Shown here piece after piece: positions 57,195 through 64,000 of a DNA stretch of 64,000 nt (position 1 is its first letter; the number at the start of each line of letters is the position of its first letter). The notes below the pieces were generated by a model that ran no database searches, was not told where the DNA came from, and saw nothing but the letters and a program-made list of their open reading frames with translations. Made by a program: the position numbers and the translations under genes. This DNA is from an uncultured Gammaproteobacteria bacterium (GTDB lineage: Bacteria; Patescibacteriota; Microgenomatia; UBA8517): assembly GCA_964600575.1 (NCBI GenBank), contig CAZRJH010000001.1, positions 223,683-287,682 on the forward strand. Reading direction: 5' to 3'.

Positions 57195-58400
57195 TTAAAA
57201 CTGGCTTGTAAGATTGTATATCGGCAATATTACGGCAATAACCAAAAATCCTACACCCAACCCCAAAAGCACCATAACCAATGGCTCAATTGCCGCCGTT
57301 AACCCCTTCACTTTTTCATCCGATTCTACTTCGAATATATGGCTTATTTTTTGTAAGACTTCGTCCATTTTTCCCGTTTCCTCACCAACGGCAATCATCT
57401 GCGATAAAAGGAAAGGAAATGCCTCCGGATGCCTTGAGAAAGAAAACGCGATAGGGAACCCTTTTTCCACTTGTTTTGCTGCATCTTTTAACGCATCGGA
57501 GATCAAGCTGTTTGCAACAACTTCCGCTGTAATATTTAAAGCCTCTAAAATTGGAACACCGGATCCCACCATTAAAGACATTGTTCTTGTTAGCTCGGTC
57601 ATAATTACCTGGCGCTGAAGGTCGCCAAAAACCGGAATTTTAAAAATCCATTCGTCGGTTTGCCTACGACCCTGTGCAGTCTTCCTGTATAAACTAAACA
57701 TATAAACACCGATCCCAAATGCTCCCACAACCAAAAACCAGTAATTAACCATAAAAGAAGAAATCCCTATAAGAATCCTAGTGGGCAAGGGGAGTGTTGC
57801 CCCAAATTCCGAGTAAAGCGAGGTAAGTCTCGGGATAACAAAAATCATCATGATAAAGGAGACAATAACCATACCCACAACTATTATTGCAGGGTAAATC
57901 AAAGCACCTTTTACTTTTCCGTTGAATTCCTGCTGCTTTTCTAAAGTATCAGCCAAACGGGACAAAACTGTGTCCATGACTCCTCCAACCTCACCCGATT
58001 TAACTAAAGCAATATATGTTCTGGAGAAAATTTTATTATGTTTTTCCATAGAAGCAGAAAGTGATTCTCCCGCCTCCACATCTGCCAAAATCTGAGCGAC
58101 TATTGTTTGCATCGGACCCTTGGATTGCGACCTTAAAACCAAAAGAGCTTCGGTTATTGGAAGTCCGGCGTTAATCATGGTAGAAAGCTGTCTTGTAAAA
58201 GTTGCAACATCCTGGGTTGTAATTCTTTCTCTTAGTCTTTTAAAAATGGACAAGGGATTGTCCATTTTTGGTGAAATAGAAATTACATAGAACCCTTTAT
58301 TTCTTATAAGTTTTGCCGCTTCCGAAGTATTAGCCGCTTCAACCTCACCAGTTGTGAGTTTTCCGTTTTTATCTTTTGCTTTGTAGTTAAATCTATTCAT
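57195..58400 (-). CDS. pilC: Type IV pilus platform protein PilC
   Basis: FTRQLSTM..AG.P, GE..G, AL.YP, GEETG, IEP. Confidence 0.95.
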   Translation of the reverse strand: MNRFNYKAKDKNGKLTTGEVEAANTSEAAKLIRNKGFYVISISPKMDNPLSIFKRLRERITTQDVATFTRQLSTMINAGLPITEALLVLRSQSKGPMQTIVAQILADVEAGESLSASMEKHNKIFSRTYIALVKSGEVGGVMDTVLSRLADTLEKQQEFNGKVKGALIYPAIIVVGMVIVSFIMMIFVIPRLTSLYSEFGATLPLPTRILIGISSFMVNYWFLVVGAFGIGVYMFSLYRKTAQGRRQTDEWIFKIPVFGDLQRQVIMTELTRTMSLMVGSGVPILEALNITAEVVANSLISDALKDAAKQVEKGFPIAFSFSRHPEAFPFLLSQMIAVGEETGKMDEVLQKISHIFEVESDEKVKGLTAAIEPLVMVLLGLGVGFLVIAVILPIYNLTSQF

Positions 58401-58412
58401 ATAGTCATATTA

Positions 58413-58515
58413 AATCAAAATGTCTGCTTGGACATTTTGATTGGCAATCATAGAATTTCTATATATCAAATTCAAAACACAAAGTAATTAAACACATAAT
58501 TTTATTTTGAATTTG
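58413..58515. repeat. Two perfect inverted repeats between pilT and pilC
   Basis: AATCAAAATGTC/GACATTTTGATT (58413-58442) and CAAATTCAAAA/TTTTGAATTTG (58467-58515). Confidence 0.8.
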
Positions 58516-58520
58516 CTATA

Positions 58521-59579
58521 TCATATCTGGCGGACAAGTCTTGATAGCTCTTCGGGCCTAAGAGACCATGACTGGGCAACGTCCATTGATATGATTCCGC
58601 GTTTTACAAGATCGGCCAAAGATCTTTCGATTGTGCTCATACCGACCTCCTGCGAAGTCTCCAAGATACTTTCTATCTGATGAGTTTTGCCTTCACGGAT
58701 TGATGTTCTTATGGCGGTTGTTCCCAACATTACTTCGTGTGCAATTACACGCTTTCTGTCTATGGTCTGGATTAACCTTTGGGAAAACACTGCCTCTAAA
58801 ACATTGCTCAACTGAAGCCTTACTTGTCCCTGTTGTTCCTGTGGAAAAACATCAACAATTCTATCGATAGTTTGTGCGGCAGAGTTGGTATGAAGTGTCG
58901 CAAACACTAAATGTCCGGTTTCTGCAACGGTTAGCGCGGCCGCAATTGTTTCGTAGTCACGCATTTCGCCTACGAGTACAACATCGGGGTCTTCACGGAG
59001 AACCGACCTAAGTGCTATCTCCCAAGAGTGAGAATCGGTTCTCATTTCTCTTTGAGAAATTATCGACTTATTTGGCTTGAATACAAATTCAATCGGATCT
59101 TCTATGGTAACTATATGTGTCGCACGAGAAATGTTTATTTCGTCAATCATGGCGGCAAGTGTTGTGGATTTACCATGACCCGTAGGGCCCGTAACCAAAA
59201 CAAGTCCTTGTCGCAAATTAGTAAAAGAATGCAAGATGTTAGGCAGCCCAAGAGTATCAATGGGGGGAATAGTTAAAGGAATCTGTCTAAATGCGGCGGC
59301 TAAATTATTTTTTGCAGTGTAAGCATTTACTCTAAATCTGGCTTTATCCGAAAAAGCTATAGAAAAATCTATTTCTTTGTTTACATTCAATCTTTCCAAC
59401 TGCTCACTGGATAAACTTTGCTTTAAAAGATCCGATATAATTTCGGAGCTTAAAAGTCCCATATTCGTAAGGGGAGTAAGCTCTCCCTCTACTCTAAGGG
59501 TGGGGTACGTTCCGGCAATCAAATGCAAATCTGATGCCTTTGAATCTATAACCAACTGTAAGTATTGTTTGATATCCAT
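58521..59579 (-). CDS. pilT: Type IV pilus retraction ATPase PilT
   Basis: ASDLHL, GPTGHGKSTT, TIEDPIE, LREDPD, GEMRD, ETGHLVFATLH, AIRTSIRE. Confidence 0.96.
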   Translation of the reverse strand: MDIKQYLQLVIDSKASDLHLIAGTYPTLRVEGELTPLTNMGLLSSEIISDLLKQSLSSEQLERLNVNKEIDFSIAFSDKARFRVNAYTAKNNLAAAFRQIPLTIPPIDTLGLPNILHSFTNLRQGLVLVTGPTGHGKSTTLAAMIDEINISRATHIVTIEDPIEFVFKPNKSIISQREMRTDSHSWEIALRSVLREDPDVVLVGEMRDYETIAAALTVAETGHLVFATLHTNSAAQTIDRIVDVFPQEQQGQVRLQLSNVLEAVFSQRLIQTIDRKRVIAHEVMLGTTAIRTSIREGKTHQIESILETSQEVGMSTIERSLADLVKRGIISMDVAQSWSLRPEELSRLVRQI

Positions 59580-59580
59580 T

Positions 59581-61302
59581 TTATTCTTGTGCAACACGAA
59601 GGATTTCCTCCACAGACGTAACTCCTTCTACAACTTTCATATAACCGTCTTGCTTTAATGTAATCATACCTTCTTCTTTAGCTGCCTTGTCAATATCGGA
59701 TGCCGATGCCCGTTCCAAAATAAGCTTACCAATTCTTTCGGTAACAGGTAACACCTCAAAAATACCGACACGTCCGTAGTAACCGGAATTGCCACAGTCG
59801 GCATCCCCTTTACCTTTGTAAAATTGAGGAGGCCCTTTGGGTTGCCAAAGAGTTCCAAGCTCTTGTTTTATTTCTGCCATTACAGTTTCATCAGCCGGGT
59901 AGGCCTCTTTACAGTCGTCGTGAATTTTACGGACAACTCTTTGGGCAACAATACAAGTCATGGAGGACGCCAAGAGGTAGGGTTCTGCTCCCATATCTAA
60001 AAGACGGGGGAGTGCTCCCGCCGCGTCGTTTGTGTGCAAAGTAGAAAACACCAAATGACCTGTTAGTGCGGCTTGAACAGCCAGATCGGCGGTTTCCCTG
60101 TCTCTTATCTCTCCTACCAAAATAACATTAGGGTCCTGACGCAAAAAAGATTTAAGTCCTTCGGCAAAAGTTAATCCAACCGCAGGGTTTATTTGCACCT
60201 GGTTTACTCCCGCCATTTTATATTCGACGGGGTCTTCCAAAGTAACAATATTTATCTTGGGAGTATTAAGGGCAGATATAACAGAATATAAAGTGGTGGT
60301 TTTACCCGAACCTGTGGGCCCGCAGATCAAAATAATTCCATGAGGCCTAAGAATAGAATCCTGTAAGTTTTTAAGACCCCTACCTCTTAAACCAAGATCG
60401 GAAAGAGTAGGTACTCCGCCTGACTTTTTAAGAAGACGCATAACAATCTTTTCTCCCCAAGTTGTAGGCAGGGAACTTATACGCAAATCGACTTCTTCTT
60501 CGCTACCCTTAAAGTTAAAGCGTCCGTCTTGGGGGATTCTCTTTTCGTCTATCTTCATTCCGCTAAGAATTTTTATTCTCGAAATCAAAGAGTCGTGTAG
60601 CGCTTTTGGAATAGTAAGCTTTTCCTGCAAAATTCCGTCTATACGATAACGTACACGGGTAGTTTTTTCCTGCGGTTCTATATGAACATCGGAAGCACGC
60701 GATTTAATAGCAAAGTCCAAAATCTGCGAAACTATCTCCGCTATTTTTTCCTCTCTTATAAATCCGCCTTTTCCCGCCTCTACCGACCTTTGATCTGGAA
60801 CAGTGCTTAGGGGGTTAACATCTTTTAGTGCCGCATTAACTTCGCGAGTAAGTGTTGTCGTATACCTGGTTCTGATAAAGTCGATAATTTTATCCTCTTC
60901 GGAAGCGTAAGGTTTAATACGATACCCCGTCTTTTGCTCTATAAACTCAATTGCAGAAAGATCCAGTGGATCCGCCATTGCAAGACCCAATACTTTTTCT
61001 TTTTTGTCCAAATCTACGGGAAAAACTTTAAAACGCTCTGCAACTTCGGACGCCAAGGCGGCGAGTGCATCTGGAACAACCGGGATGTTTGCCAGATCTA
61101 TATAGGCAATGTTATAAAGTTGGGCTTTTGCCTGAACAATCTTTGCGACACTAACCATATTTCCTCTTCTCAATATGTCTTCTTGAGTGTTTCCGCTTTG
61201 AACTTCGGCAAGTTTTACTTGTTCCGCACGGGCTTTATCAAGAGCCCCCAAACTAACAAGAACATCGGCAAGTGTTTGATTAGAATTATCAGAAGTAGGC
61301 AT
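59581..61302 (-). CDS. pilB: Type IV pilus extension ATPase PilB
   Basis: ASDVHIEP, PQDGR, GPTGSGKTTT, EDPVE, LRQDP, GHLVFSTLH. Confidence 0.96.
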   Translation of the reverse strand: MPTSDNSNQTLADVLVSLGALDKARAEQVKLAEVQSGNTQEDILRRGNMVSVAKIVQAKAQLYNIAYIDLANIPVVPDALAALASEVAERFKVFPVDLDKKEKVLGLAMADPLDLSAIEFIEQKTGYRIKPYASEEDKIIDFIRTRYTTTLTREVNAALKDVNPLSTVPDQRSVEAGKGGFIREEKIAEIVSQILDFAIKSRASDVHIEPQEKTTRVRYRIDGILQEKLTIPKALHDSLISRIKILSGMKIDEKRIPQDGRFNFKGSEEEVDLRISSLPTTWGEKIVMRLLKKSGGVPTLSDLGLRGRGLKNLQDSILRPHGIILICGPTGSGKTTTLYSVISALNTPKINIVTLEDPVEYKMAGVNQVQINPAVGLTFAEGLKSFLRQDPNVILVGEIRDRETADLAVQAALTGHLVFSTLHTNDAAGALPRLLDMGAEPYLLASSMTCIVAQRVVRKIHDDCKEAYPADETVMAEIKQELGTLWQPKGPPQFYKGKGDADCGNSGYYGRVGIFEVLPVTERIGKLILERASASDIDKAAKEEGMITLKQDGYMKVVEGVTSVEEILRVAQE

Positions 61303-61373
61303 TAAGAAACATTGTGCACGATTTAAAAACTAATATCAAGCCAAATTGGCGGATATGAGTTATTATATTGGCT

Positions 61374-61991
61374 ATGCATGCGTTTTTGCTGGTGGGGGAT
61401 AATATCGAACCGATTCTTAAAAAAATAAACGCAAAACCGGTTGAATTTCCTATACTTAAAATAGACGAAGTCCGCGCACTCAATAAAGAACTTAGCCTTT
61501 ATTACAACGAACCTACTGCAATAATTTGCAGGAATATCGATATTGCTCAGGAAGAAGCGGTAAATGCCTTTCTTAAAAATCTTGAAGAACCTCAAAAAAA
61601 TATTTATTTTATTTTGACAACTTCGGGAATAAGAAAAGTCTTACCCACAATTGTTTCCCGCTGCCAAATAGTTTGGGACAAAATACAAAAGTTAGACGAG
61701 AAACTATTAAAGACGGGTCAAAAATTTTTGGATAAATCGCCAGGTGATAAATTCAACTACATCGATAAAATCAAAGAACGCCAGGACGGGTTAGATCTCG
61801 CAGAGTCTTTAATACACATTCTTCATTCTCAAACACAGGAGTCGGGTATTAGCTACAAAAACGCAGCAATTTGCATGAAAGCTGCGCTTGACGCATTTGT
61901 AAATATCAAAGCCAACGGCAATACAAATTTACAACTTTCTAACTTATCTATAATTTTAAATTCGAACCCATTGAAAAGCTCGAAAAATTAA
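61374..61991 (+). CDS. holB: Truncated DNA polymerase III delta' subunit-like protein
   Basis: IDEVR, NAFLKNLEEP, LPTIVSRC; lacks P-loop and Zn module. Confidence 0.8.
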   Translation: MHAFLLVGDNIEPILKKINAKPVEFPILKIDEVRALNKELSLYYNEPTAIICRNIDIAQEEAVNAFLKNLEEPQKNIYFILTTSGIRKVLPTIVSRCQIVWDKIQKLDEKLLKTGQKFLDKSPGDKFNYIDKIKERQDGLDLAESLIHILHSQTQESGISYKNAAICMKAALDAFVNIKANGNTNLQLSNLSIILNSNPLKSSKN

Positions 61992-61996
61992 GATAG

Positions 61997-63958
<1,962 letters not shown>

Positions 63959-64000
63959 TACAAATTTCGAGCGAAGTACCCGCCAGGGTGCCAAATTGGC

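Noticed and set aside
63959-64000. Small hairpin-like sequence after gyrB (TTCGAGCGAAG...)
   Set aside because: Truncated by the window edge and too short to interpret.

Overview
A gene-dense bacterial chromosomal segment. Gene content and architecture suggest Patescibacteria/CPR, probably Microgenomates (inference from the type IV pilus locus with many pilins, the truncated HolB, leaderless promoters and relic metabolic genes). Layout: (1) 1-5.7 kb: PrnB/IDO-like heme enzyme and methyltransferase, then a Trp T-box riboswitch ahead of an unusual trpD-like/PfkB/HAD/BtpA operon. (2) tyrS, a 33-aa membrane peptide and recG. (3) An Arg T-box ahead of short argA and argE. (4) rpmF-nusB-acp-like-rnc-rpsP-khpA, with a 55-bp tandem repeat in the rpmF promoter. 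(5) A minus-strand type IV pilus locus (pilB-T-C-A-D and nine further pilins at 51-61 kb; pilX-M-N-O at 13.8-17 kb) split by a ~34 kb surface-glycan region. That region holds Wzm/Wzt, glycosyltransferases, three O-antigen-ligase-like proteins, a carbamoyltransferase cassette, a nucleotide-enzyme cassette and a RelA/SpoT homologue with a degenerate synthetase. (6) holB-like and gyrB. Two signals stand out. First, a 39-42 bp hairpin-bearing DNA element sits at the same position in five tandem pilin genes, where it duplicates the prepilin-peptidase site and would be cut away with the leader. Second, two transcriptional T-boxes have an ultrashort Stem I (Trp and Arg specifiers matching the downstream genes), a UGGNACA bulge and a shared extra hairpin. 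All structures were folded by eye and no database searches were run.
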